Origin: an uncultured Gemmatimonadales bacterium
Lineage (GTDB): Bacteria; Gemmatimonadota; Gemmatimonadetes; Gemmatimonadales; GWC2-71-9
Reading direction: 5' to 3'
Length of the DNA stretch: 64,000 bases
NCBI GenBank assembly: GCA_963825065.1
Contig: CAWGRU010000017.1
Coordinates: 23,458 to 87,457 of the forward strand
Shown here: positions 53,051-61,800 of the stretch, in pieces
Position numbering within the stretch: the stretch's first letter is position 1
How the letters are laid out: each line of letters starts with the position of its first letter
Notes under the pieces: model-generated
Told to the model about the DNA's origin: nothing
The model's database searches: none
What the model saw: the letters and a program-made list of their open reading frames with translations, nothing else
Position numbers and translations under genes: made by a program

Positions 53051-53087
53051 CTTGTGATACGTTGAGCGGCCATCGTATCACAAGTCG
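53048..53087. repeat. 14-bp perfect inverted repeat (hairpin) at the edge of the displaced fragment
   Basis: CGACTTGTGATACG-ttgagcggccat-CGTATCACAAGTCG. It is AT-richer than its surroundings and starts exactly where homology to 47294-47384 ends. Confidence 0.7.
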
Positions 53088-53236
53088 TCACCTGGGAGCG
53101 CGAGCCCTGGGCCTCGTCTCATCCCCCGCCTTGCTGAACGGCGCCCACTCCGCGCGTTTTCCGCGACCGGGACCAGTCGCCCTGGGGCAGTACCATCCCC
53201 CATGCCTTGCCTCTCCGCCGCCGAGCGAGACAGCTT

Positions 53237-53791
53237 ATGGGTATGGCCGCGCCGATCTACTACACCGCCGACATGGTCCGGGCGCTCCCCGACGACGGCA
53301 ACCGCTACGAGGTGGTGCACGGGGAGCTGCTGGTGACCCCGGCACCGCGCCTGTGGCACGAGGAGGTCGGCATCCGGCTGCTGAGTCGACGTGCGATCGT
53401 ATCTCCGAGTCGCACCCGGTCGGGCACGCCTACGGCTCCCGTTCCGACCTCTCCTGGGGCCTCAAGGACGTGCTGGTCTCCCCCGACCTCTTCGTGGTGC
53501 CGCTCGAGGAGGCCCGTCGGCTCGACTGGCTGACCCTCCGCACCGTCCTGCTCGCCGCCGAGGTGCTCTCCCCGGCGTCCCTCCGACGCCGACCGCTTCA
53601 CCAAGCGGCGGCTGTATCAGGAGCGCGGCGTGCCGCTCTACTGGGTCGTCGACCCCGACGCGCGATCGGTGGAGGTCTGGCACCCCGAAGACGACTTCCC
53701 GGTCGTCGCCCGCGATCGGCTGGAGTGGCACCCGGCCGGCGCCGCGGAGCCCTTCACGCTGGAGCTTGCGGAGCTGTTCCGGGAGATCTGA
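53237..53791 (+). pseudogene. Uma2 (DUF820) family endonuclease gene with two compensating frameshifts
   Basis: Frame 2 reads MGMAAPIYYTADMVRALPDDGNRYEVVHGELLVTPAPRLWHEEVGIRLL. Frame 1 reads ISESHPVGHAYGSRSDLSWGLKDVLVSPDLFVVPLEE...LLAAEVLSPAS. Frame 2 again reads SDADRFTKRRLYQERGVPLYWVVDPDARSVEVW...ELFREI*. Frame 2 has a stop at 53531-53533. The shifts are near 53384-53395 and 53575-53582. Confidence 0.7.
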
Positions 53792-55289
53792 GGGCCGCCA
53801 GAACCGCCTCGCTCCCCTTCAGCTCCGCGGTGAGCGGCGGCGCCTTGGCGCCCGCGGCGAGCAGCAGCTCCAGCACGCCCAGCGTAGTCGCCGCGATCGG
53901 CATACCAGCCATTGAGCGAACCGTAGATCGTCCAGCTGCAGCGGGGTCTATCCCGAAGTCCTTGTCGCGCGCCTCCAGCGGCGGCTGGTGCGCCAGGATC
54001 ACCCGCGCCATCGCGGGGTTGCCGTGGAAGCCCGCCCAGTGGAGCGCGGTGGCGCCGTGCTGCCCCACCGTGCCGACCGGCCAGCCCGCCGCCAGCATCA
54101 GCCGCACCGCCTCGACGTTGTTGTTCTGGGCCGCGAAGGGGAGCTTCCGCCGCTCGTCCTCATTCAGCGTCCCGGCCAGGTCGGGCCGGGCCTCGAGCAG
54201 CGCCGCGAACGCCGGCTCGTCGCCCAGCTCGCAGGCCAGCGCCAGCTTGAGCGAATCGGGGCTGCGCTCCATCAGCAGCCGGAACACCGCCTCGTGGCCG
54301 AACTCGCGGGCCACCAGGTGCGCGGTCTTCCCCTGCCCCAGCGTCCAGGTGTAGATGTGTCCCCCCGCGTGCAAGTTGCGCTTGGGGAAGTACTGCTCGG
54401 AGACCGTGGTACGCACCGACTCGGGATCGGCGTCGAGGAAGCCGCGCACCCGCTCGAGGTCACCCAGGGCGGCCGCCAGCAGGATATCGCTGTGCGCCCC
54501 GCGCTCCACCAGGAATCGGGCGACCTCGGGGTGAGAGCGCACCAGGTACTGGGCCGGGGTGGACTCATGATCCACGTCGCGGGCGTCGATCTCCGCGCCG
54601 TGGCGGAGCAGCAGCTCGGCGATCGCCACGGTGGGTGCCACGTGCAGCGGGGTCTGGCCATCGCCGCCCCGCATCTTCACCGACTCAGGATCGGCGGCCA
54701 GCAGCGCCGCCAGGTCGTCGATCCGCCCCAGCCCCGCCGCCGACTTGGCGTCGAGGGTGGCCCCGCGCGCAATCAGGAAATCGGCCAGGCCGTGATCGTC
54801 CTCCAGCACATGGAAGCCGCCGGCCCACCAGTGGCTGCGCTGGTTGATGCTGGCGCCGCTGGCGAGCAGCAGGCCCACCAATTCGCGATTGGCCTGCTGC
54901 ACCGCGACGATCAGCGGCGTGGCCCCGAAGGCACCACCGAGCACCGGCTCGTCCAGCCGGGCCTTCAACGACGGAAAGCGGCCCAGCACCTCGGCCACCG
55001 GCGCGGCCTGGCGGCTCTTCAGCGCCGCCGCGAGCGCTTCCAGCGGATCGGCGGCGCCGAGTGCCTCGACGTGGGCCCGCAGCTTGGGCCAGCTGGCGAA
55101 GCCGTACTCCCGGGCCAGCGCGTGCTGGCAATCGGCGAGCCTCGGCTTGTCCGATGCGCCGGCCCGCCCCCACGCGCGCAGCCGCTCGCGGGCGATGGCG
55201 TCGCCCGCCTTCAGGTCGTGGAGGAAATCCTTCGCCTGCTTGGTGAGAAACTCGAGGTTGGCCCGTTCGGGCAGGGTGCGGGACATCAT
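53754..55289 (-). CDS. ankyrin-repeat protein
   Basis: ATG 55289/55286 is preceded by AAGGAGG. There are multiple ANK-like repeats (GATPLIVAVQQANRELVGLLLASGASIN, GQTPLHVAPTVAIAELLLRHGAEIDAR, GATALHWAGFHGNPAMARVIL). A segment of about 26 aa near the C-terminus looks frame-scrambled (see findings). Confidence 0.8.
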   Translation of the reverse strand: MMSRTLPERANLEFLTKQAKDFLHDLKAGDAIARERLRAWGRAGASDKPRLADCQHALAREYGFASWPKLRAHVEALGAADPLEALAAALKSRQAAPVAEVLGRFPSLKARLDEPVLGGAFGATPLIVAVQQANRELVGLLLASGASINQRSHWWAGGFHVLEDDHGLADFLIARGATLDAKSAAGLGRIDDLAALLAADPESVKMRGGDGQTPLHVAPTVAIAELLLRHGAEIDARDVDHESTPAQYLVRSHPEVARFLVERGAHSDILLAAALGDLERVRGFLDADPESVRTTVSEQYFPKRNLHAGGHIYTWTLGQGKTAHLVAREFGHEAVFRLLMERSPDSLKLALACELGDEPAFAALLEARPDLAGTLNEDERRKLPFAAQNNNVEAVRLMLAAGWPVGTVGQHGATALHWAGFHGNPAMARVILAHQPPLEARDKDFGIDPAAAGRSTVRSMAGMPIAATTLGVLELLLAAGAKAPPLTAELKGSEAVLAALRSPGTAPQAPA

Positions 55290-55426
55290 GCCTCCTTCGT
55301 GTCGCCCGGGGTCCGCCGTCGGTGGGCTGGAAGTGAGGTGATGTCGGTTGTGCAGCGGTACGGCCCAGGTGGGATAGTCCCTGCCCGCGGACGGGGGGCG
55401 CCCTGTGCGCCTGCGGGACTCTATCG

Positions 55427-55461
55427 AAGCGGGGCGGGATCGTCAAGCGGACGCCCCGCTT
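55427..55461. other. 10-bp stem-loop in the ankyrin/kinase divergent intergenic region
   Basis: AAGCGGGGCG-15 nt-CGCCCCGCTT followed by TCTT. Its function is unknown. Confidence 0.25.
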
Positions 55462-55563
55462 TCTTGACCCGATGAGCGATGGAGCCCTCAGGGAGCGTCC
55501 GCTCAATCTCTGACCGACCCCCGCCCGAGAGGCGGGCTCCGCCATCGATCACCCTGTCGCCGA

Positions 55564-56952
55564 TTGATTCACGTCCCTGGCTCGAGCGCGTTTCGCTGGC
55601 GCCGTGCGCTGGTCACGCCCACATTCAGGTACTTCCTCCGGATGTCTGGTCACATGGGAGCCGTTCCGCCTGGCCTGGCCACCGCCCTTCAGGACCGCTA
55701 CCGCCTCGACCACGAACTCGGTCAGGGCGGGATGGCCACGGTCTACCTCGTCCACGATCTCAAGCACGACCGGCCGGTGGCCCTCAAGGTGCTGCTGCCG
55801 CAGGTCGCTGCCCTGCTCGGGCCCGAGCGCTTCAAGCGGGAGATCAAGCTCGCCGCCCGGCTCCAGCATCCTCACCTCCTCACCGTGCACGACTCGGGCG
55901 AGAGCGCCGGCCAGCTCTGGTTCACCATGCCGTATGTCGAGGGCGAGTCGCTCCGGGACCGGCTGGTTCGTGAGCGCCAGCTCCCGCTGGAGGACGCCGT
56001 CCGGATCACCCGGGAGGCGGCCCAGGCCCTCCAGTACGCACACGAGCACGGGGTGATCCACCGCGACATCAAGCCGGAGAATCTCCTGCTCACGACGGAC
56101 GGCAACACCCTCGTGGCCGACTTCGGGATCGCGCGGGCCCTGGCGGGCGACGAGCGCCTGACCCAGACGGGGATCAGCGTGGGCACCCCGGCCTACATGA
56201 GCCCGGAGCAGGCCAGCGGCGACAAGGCGATTGACGCCCGCAGCGATGTCTATGCGCTCGGGGGCGTGCTGTACGAGATGCTGGCCGGCGAGCCGCCCTT
56301 CACCGGTCCCACGGCGCAGGCGGTGATCGGCAAGCGCTTCACCGAGCCGGTCCCCAGCGTGCGACGGGGCCGGCCCAGCGTGCCGGAGGAGTTGGACCAG
56401 GCGATCCGGCGGGCGCTGGCCCCGGTACCGGCGGATCGATTCGGCAGCGCGGCCGAGTTTGCCCGGGCAATCCAGCCCTGGGTGACGGCTGGCCCGACCC
56501 TCCCGTCCATGGCCAGCACGGCTCCGGCCAGCCCCCGTCCGGGGCAGTGCCGGCCGAAACCGCGCCGGCCGCGGGCGGCAAGCGGCCCGTGCCGACGGCG
56601 GCCTTCATGCTGCTGCTGGGTTTCCTCATCGGGCTCGGCGTCCTGTTCGCCTGGCGCGGCCGCCACGCGGGCCCCGGGGAGAGCAGCGGCCCGAAGCGGG
56701 TGGCCGTCCTGCCGTTCGAGAACCTGGGTGATTCGGCCGATGCCTATTTCGCCGACGGCATCACCAATGAGGTGCGGGGGAAGCTGTCGCAGCTCACCGG
56801 CCTCGCCGTCATCGCACGGGCCAGCTCGAACGATTACCGCAGGACGACCAAGGCTCCCCAGCAAATCGCCCGGGAGCTGGGGGCCGACTACCTGCTCACG
56901 GCGACGGTGCAGTGGGAGAAGACGCCGGGCAGCCCGAGCCGGGTCCGGGTGA
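55564..56952 (+). CDS. Ser/Thr protein kinase catalytic domain ORF (5' part of an apparently split kinase-TPR gene)
   Basis: The likely start is ATG 55654 (MGAVPPGLATALQDRYRLDHELGQGGMATVYLVHD). It has VIHRDIKPENLLL and DFGIA. After about aa 300 of the track ORF the frame turns into Pro/Arg/Cys-rich junk, while the expected TM/TPR continuation is in the ORF at 56547-58337. Confidence 0.75.
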   Translation: MIHVPGSSAFRWRRALVTPTFRYFLRMSGHMGAVPPGLATALQDRYRLDHELGQGGMATVYLVHDLKHDRPVALKVLLPQVAALLGPERFKREIKLAARLQHPHLLTVHDSGESAGQLWFTMPYVEGESLRDRLVRERQLPLEDAVRITREAAQALQYAHEHGVIHRDIKPENLLLTTDGNTLVADFGIARALAGDERLTQTGISVGTPAYMSPEQASGDKAIDARSDVYALGGVLYEMLAGEPPFTGPTAQAVIGKRFTEPVPSVRRGRPSVPEELDQAIRRALAPVPADRFGSAAEFARAIQPWVTAGPTLPSMASTAPASPRPGQCRPKPRRPRAASGPCRRRPSCCCWVSSSGSASCSPGAAATRAPGRAAARSGWPSCRSRTWVIRPMPISPTASPMRCGGSCRSSPASPSSHGPARTITAGRPRLPSKSPGSWGPTTCSRRRCSGRRRRAARAGSG

Positions 56953-58337
56953 GCCCCGAACTGGTGCAGGTGGAGGCGGGCGCGGCGCCGACCACGAAGT
57001 GGCAGCAGGGATTCGATGCCTCGCTGACCGATGTGTTCCAGGTCCAGACCGAGATCGCGGGCAAGGTCGCGAACGCGCTCGACGTGGCGCTGGGCGAGAG
57101 CGCCCGCCACGACCTGGCGGCCAGGCCGACTGCGAACCTGGCGGCCTATGACGCCTTTCTCAAAGGCGAGGCGGCCTCGCAGGGGATGAGCGCAAGTGAT
57201 CCGGCGACCCTGCGCCGTGCGGTTGGTCTCTACGAGCAGGCGGTGGCGCTCGACTCCGCGTTCGTCCCCGCCTGGGCCCAGCTGTCCCGCGCCCGCGCGC
57301 TCCTCTACGGCAACTGGATCCCGACGCCGGAGCTGCAGACTCAGGCCCGCCTCGCGGCGGAGCGGGCCCGGGCGCTCGCCCCCGATCGGCCCGAGAGCTA
57401 CCTGGCGCTCAGCGAGTTCTACAGAAACGTGATGAGAGACAACCCCCGCTCGCTGGCGGCCGCCGAAGCGGGGCTCGAGCTGGCGCCCAACAACGCCGAC
57501 CTGCTCACCTCGGCGGCAGTGAGCGAGCAGCGAATGGGGCGCGCGGATGCCGCGCTCCAGCATCTCTTGAAGGCCAGGGAGATCGATCCCCGCTCCGCCG
57601 CAACGGCCCGGCGCCTGGGGATTACGCTGCTCTATTTGCGGCGCTATCCCGAGGCGGAGGCGGCGTTCGACCGAGGCCTCGCGCTCGCCCCCGGAAACCT
57701 CTCCATAATCCTGAACCGGGTCGCGGTGGCGCTCGCGCAGGGTGACCTTGCCGGCGCCCACGCAGTGGTGCAGACCGCACTGAAATCGGTCGAGCCGGCG
57801 GCGCTGGTCATCTTCTTTGGAAACTTCGGCGAACTCTACTGGGTGCTCGACGATGCCCAGCAGCGGCTGCTCGTCAGCCTCCCGCCGAGTGCCTGGGACT
57901 ACGACCGGGCGAGCCGGGCCATCGTCATCGCCGAGACGTATGACCTGCGCGGCAATCGCGCGCTGACCCGGCTCTACGCCGACTCGGCCCGGATCGCCAT
58001 CGAGGAGCAGCTCCGGGCGGCGCCGGACGATCCTCAACGCACGGTTTTCCATGGCCTGGCCCTGGCTTACCTGGGCCGGAAGGCCGAGGCAATCGCCGAC
58101 GGAAGGCGCGCGGTGGCGCTCTGGCCCATCAGTGAGGATGCCTACTTCGGCGCCTACATCCAGCATCAGCTGGTCCGCATCTACTTGCTGGTGGGAGAGC
58201 CGGAGCAGGCGCTCGACCAGCTCGAGCCGCTGCTCAGGATGCCGTACTTTCTCTCGCCAGCGTGGCTCCGGATCGACCCCAACTTCGCGCCGCTCAGGGG
58301 CAACCCGCGCTTCGAGCGGCTGGTGGCGGGGAAATAG
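56547..58337 (+). CDS. TM + TolB-N-like + TPR ORF (3' part of the split kinase gene, or an independent gene from GTG 56547)
   Basis: A TM segment (AAFMLLLGFLIGLGVLFAW) is followed by VAVLPFENLGDSADAYFADGITNEVRGKLS (a TolB-N/CsgG-like module typical of kinase/cyclase-TPR proteins), then TPR repeats. The frame is open upstream to 56235, overlapping the kinase ORF. Confidence 0.75.
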   Translation: MPAETAPAAGGKRPVPTAAFMLLLGFLIGLGVLFAWRGRHAGPGESSGPKRVAVLPFENLGDSADAYFADGITNEVRGKLSQLTGLAVIARASSNDYRRTTKAPQQIARELGADYLLTATVQWEKTPGSPSRVRVSPELVQVEAGAAPTTKWQQGFDASLTDVFQVQTEIAGKVANALDVALGESARHDLAARPTANLAAYDAFLKGEAASQGMSASDPATLRRAVGLYEQAVALDSAFVPAWAQLSRARALLYGNWIPTPELQTQARLAAERARALAPDRPESYLALSEFYRNVMRDNPRSLAAAEAGLELAPNNADLLTSAAVSEQRMGRADAALQHLLKAREIDPRSAATARRLGITLLYLRRYPEAEAAFDRGLALAPGNLSIILNRVAVALAQGDLAGAHAVVQTALKSVEPAALVIFFGNFGELYWVLDDAQQRLLVSLPPSAWDYDRASRAIVIAETYDLRGNRALTRLYADSARIAIEEQLRAAPDDPQRTVFHGLALAYLGRKAEAIADGRRAVALWPISEDAYFGAYIQHQLVRIYLLVGEPEQALDQLEPLLRMPYFLSPAWLRIDPNFAPLRGNPRFERLVAGK

Positions 58338-58361
58338 GGGGTTCGGAGCGGGCAGGTCTCG

Positions 58362-58748
58362 CTATCCGCCCTTTCTTGCTCCACGGGCATATGCCTTGAA
58401 TGTCATGATCAGGGCACAAACCAGCAGCACACCCTCCAGGAGCACGACTACCGCAGGGCTGGTGTTGGCGGTCCCTCGATGGTAGCGCTCCGCACCGAAC
58501 ATCCGAACGAGACCCAGAAGCAGGAAGAACCAGCCGGACAGCGTCACGAGGACGGTCCAGTCACGGGCCCAGTGATTGTGCGCCCGGAGGACGGCGAGCC
58601 CGCCAACGAACATCAGCGCACCAGAGAGATAGACGACTGGGGGAATCTGGGCATCGTAGAGGCGTGGCTGCACAATGGGAGACTCTGAGATGAGCATCAC
58701 GACAAGAGTGGGACCGCGAATGGCGGCAATGCGCTTTGAGGGTGGCAT
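58362..58748 (-). CDS. small 3-4-TM membrane protein, unknown function
   Basis: Hydrophobic helices are present (VVYLSGALMFVGGLAVL, VLVTLSGWFFLLLGLV, VVVLLEGVLLVCALIM). ATG 58697 is an alternative start. It lies 75 nt downstream of the receptor gene on the same strand. Confidence 0.55.
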   Translation of the reverse strand: MPPSKRIAAIRGPTLVVMLISESPIVQPRLYDAQIPPVVYLSGALMFVGGLAVLRAHNHWARDWTVLVTLSGWFFLLLGLVRMFGAERYHRGTANTSPAVVVLLEGVLLVCALIMTFKAYARGARKGG

Positions 58749-58822
58749 GCAGACCTCCCTGCAAGTAGGCAGCCTAACGACCGCGGATCACCTGCAAAGC
58801 CAAGGGAAGCGCTGCGTGGTCT

Positions 58823-61800
58823 CTAGAAATCGATCTCCACCCCGACCCGGATCCGGCGCGGCAGATCCAGGAAGTTGGCGAGGCTCCCCCGAATCGCGTC
58901 ATAGCGGCTCCGGCTGGCCCGGCGCTGTTCGGCCACGGTGTAGATCCCGTCCCCATCGCCGAAGCGCTGCTCCGCCCGGCGGATCATGACGCAGTTCACC
59001 GGACCGGAGGCGGTGGAGTTCGACGACCGCCAGCTGTCGCAGTTCGCGCCGGTGAGGTCGAGCGTCCCCGTGGCGTTGTCGTACACCGCGGAGCCGTTCG
59101 TCAAACCCTCCAGCGCGGTGCGGCTGCTGTCGCCAGCGAAGAACTGGGCAAAGTCCAGCGGGTTCGAGGTGTTGCCGTTGACGGCGAAGACCCGCAGCGC
59201 GTTCCGGAAGTTGAACAGGTTGCGGAAGTCACCGTACAGCGTCAGGTCCAGACCACCCAGCGAGAAGCCGCGGGTCACCCTGAGGTCGAACTGCTTGAAG
59301 ACCGGCAACCGGGTGCTCAGGAGGTCCTGCGACCCGGTCACCCTGCTGCCGCAGACGTCGCCCGAGAGGATGCCGGCGTTGAGGGGCGCCTGATCCCCAG
59401 CCGGGCAGCTGGTGTACGGTGTGCCGCTGGCGAGCCGGAAGGTGGCGAAGAAGCCGGTGCTCTGCAGGATGGTTCCGATCGTGCTTCCCCGGTGCCAGTC
59501 GTTCGGAAAGGTAAGCGCCGCCGATCCGGCCAGGTTGTGCGGCCGGCTGTCGGTCGTGTTCAGTACGGCCTGCGGCGCACCGCCCTGGACCCCGTTGCTC
59601 GTGGGCAGGGCGGCAAAGTAGCTCACCGTCGATGACGGGTCGGTCCCGGTGCTCAGGGCGTTCTGGTAGGTGTACGCCAGCGTGCCATTGAACAGCGACC
59701 CGATGCGGCGGTCGAGGCGGATGTCGATGCCCCGGACGATGCCGAAGTCGGAGTTGGTATAGAACTGGACTTCCTGCGGTTTGTCGTCGGCCCCTGCGAG
59801 ATTCTTGAACTGCCGGGCTGAGACATCGGACAGCTTGTTCTTGCTGTAGAGCGCGAGGTCCAGCACCATGTCTTCACTGAAGGCGTGGCGGATCCCGAAT
59901 TCGAACGTCACCGTCTTGCCGAAGCCGAGGTCGGTTCCGAAAGCCTGATTGCCATTGGTGAAATTGATGTCGGTATTGATCCCGGCGTAGATCAGGCTGA
60001 AGTCCGGCACCTGCACCTGGTGGGCGTAGGAGAGGCGGAAGTTGGTCCGCTCCGTCACCGGGAACGACACCTGCACGTGCGGGCTCAGGTAATTGTGGCT
60101 CCGGTCGCGCCGGTAGGCCGCTCTGTTCCCGATGCTGCGGGCTGTGTAGGGGAACTGGTACCCGGAATCGGGATTGAACGGATGGAAGGCTCGGGAATCG
60201 TAGTAGTCATAGCGCACACCGCCCACCACGACCAGGTCTCCGAGATCGAGCGTGTTCTCGGCGAAGAGGTCGTAGCGGATCGGGTTCTCGATGTAGGCGT
60301 CGCAGAAACAGTTCGCCTCCTGGTCCGCGGGCACGCGTAAATAGTGCGCCAGCCTGTACGCCGTATACTCGCCGCCGAATCTGACGCGATTGTAGCGGTC
60401 GACCTGCCAGTCGAGGTTGGCCTTGCCGACATAGCGGCGCTCGCGGGAGAGCCGCAGGTACGCCAGATTGCCGATGTCGCTGCCGACCGAAACCCGGTAG
60501 AAGTTGAAGTTGTCCGAGGCGACGCCGTACGGGTTGAGGAAATACGGCGTGACTTCGAACAGGTTGCTATGCGGGTCAAGGGGCGACGCGGGGCCCGTAC
60601 CGTCGCGAAAATCGTTGATCAACTGCCGGGTGATCGGGAAGTTCTTGAAGTTCCACTGGAAGTCGAGCGGCTTCACCAGAAACCCGCCGAACGCAGAGCG
60701 GGAATCCAGCTCGCCCTGCGGGGTGAGGTTGCCCTGCTGGGTCCGGTCCTCCTGATAGGAGAGATAGGTCTCCAGGTTGAGCGCCCGCTCGGAAGACTTG
60801 GACAGGTTCTGCGACCAGTTCAGGATGTAGACCTGGCTGCGCAGCTGCTGCGCGGTCTGCAGTCTGGGCGCCAGGATGTAGTTGCTGTTGTTATCGACCC
60901 GGGTCTGGGTCTGGCTTACGTTGCCGCTGAGGCTGAGCCGCGATCCGGTGCCGAAGCTGTAGGTCAGCTTGCCGCTGGCGGTGAGGGTACTCCGCGGGGT
61001 GTAGGCCGACCGCACGCCCAGGCAGCCGAGGCTGTAGTTGCTGCGGATCTCCTTGATGGCGGTCGCCCCGGCGCCCTGAAGCCCCGCCGAGCCGGCATGC
61101 GCGAAGAGGCGGCAATCGCCGCGGGCGATCGCGAACCGCGGGATGTCGAAGTTCCTCACGTTGCCCAGGCTGTCGGTGATGACCACGGTCGTGTCCACAC
61201 CTGCCACGACAAACTCCGGGGTCTTCTGGGCGTCGAAACCGTTGTCGAGACCCTGCTGGCCTTCGAGCGCGGTGGAAACGGCGAAGCTGAGCGACTTGGC
61301 GACCGGGCCGCTGATGCTGGCCTCGATGCGGTTGAATCCGGGGCCGTGATTCACGCCGAAGGGCTGGTCGGTCTCGAAGGAAGCAGAGCCGGCCAGTTTC
61401 GAGCCGCCTGAGCGGGTCTGGATATTGATGATGCCCGACTGGGCGTTACCGAACTCGGCGGAATAGGCGCCGGTGGTGATCGAGGCCTCTTCGAAGGCTT
61501 TGGTGCCGACGATGAGGTTGCTGCGCGCCACCGTCACCAGCGGGTAGCCGGTCCCGCGCGTGCCGGCCGAGACCGGCACGCCATCGATGAAGGTCGCCGC
61601 TTCGTCGGTCCGGCCGCCGCGGATGTTCAGGGCGCCGCCACGGGGATCGGCCACGACGCCCGGCTGCAGGGCCAGCACGTTGGCGATGCGATCGATCGGC
61701 AGCTTGCTCACGAAGTCACCGTTCAGCCGCTGCTTGCTGGTGACCTCGTCCCGGGGGACCAGCACGTTAAAGGCGCTGACGACCTCGATTTCGCCGATGT

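Noticed and set aside
53029-54354. 441-aa plus-strand ORF, and the 495-aa ORF at 53988-55475
   Set aside because: Apart from the Uma2 middle segment (53400-53580), they run antisense to the ankyrin gene and read as Arg/Ala/Pro/Gly junk.
56500-56560. Programmed ribosomal frameshifting as the explanation for the split kinase
   Set aside because: I saw no slippery heptamer or downstream structure. The neighbouring genes also carry frame lesions, which favours mutation or sequence error.
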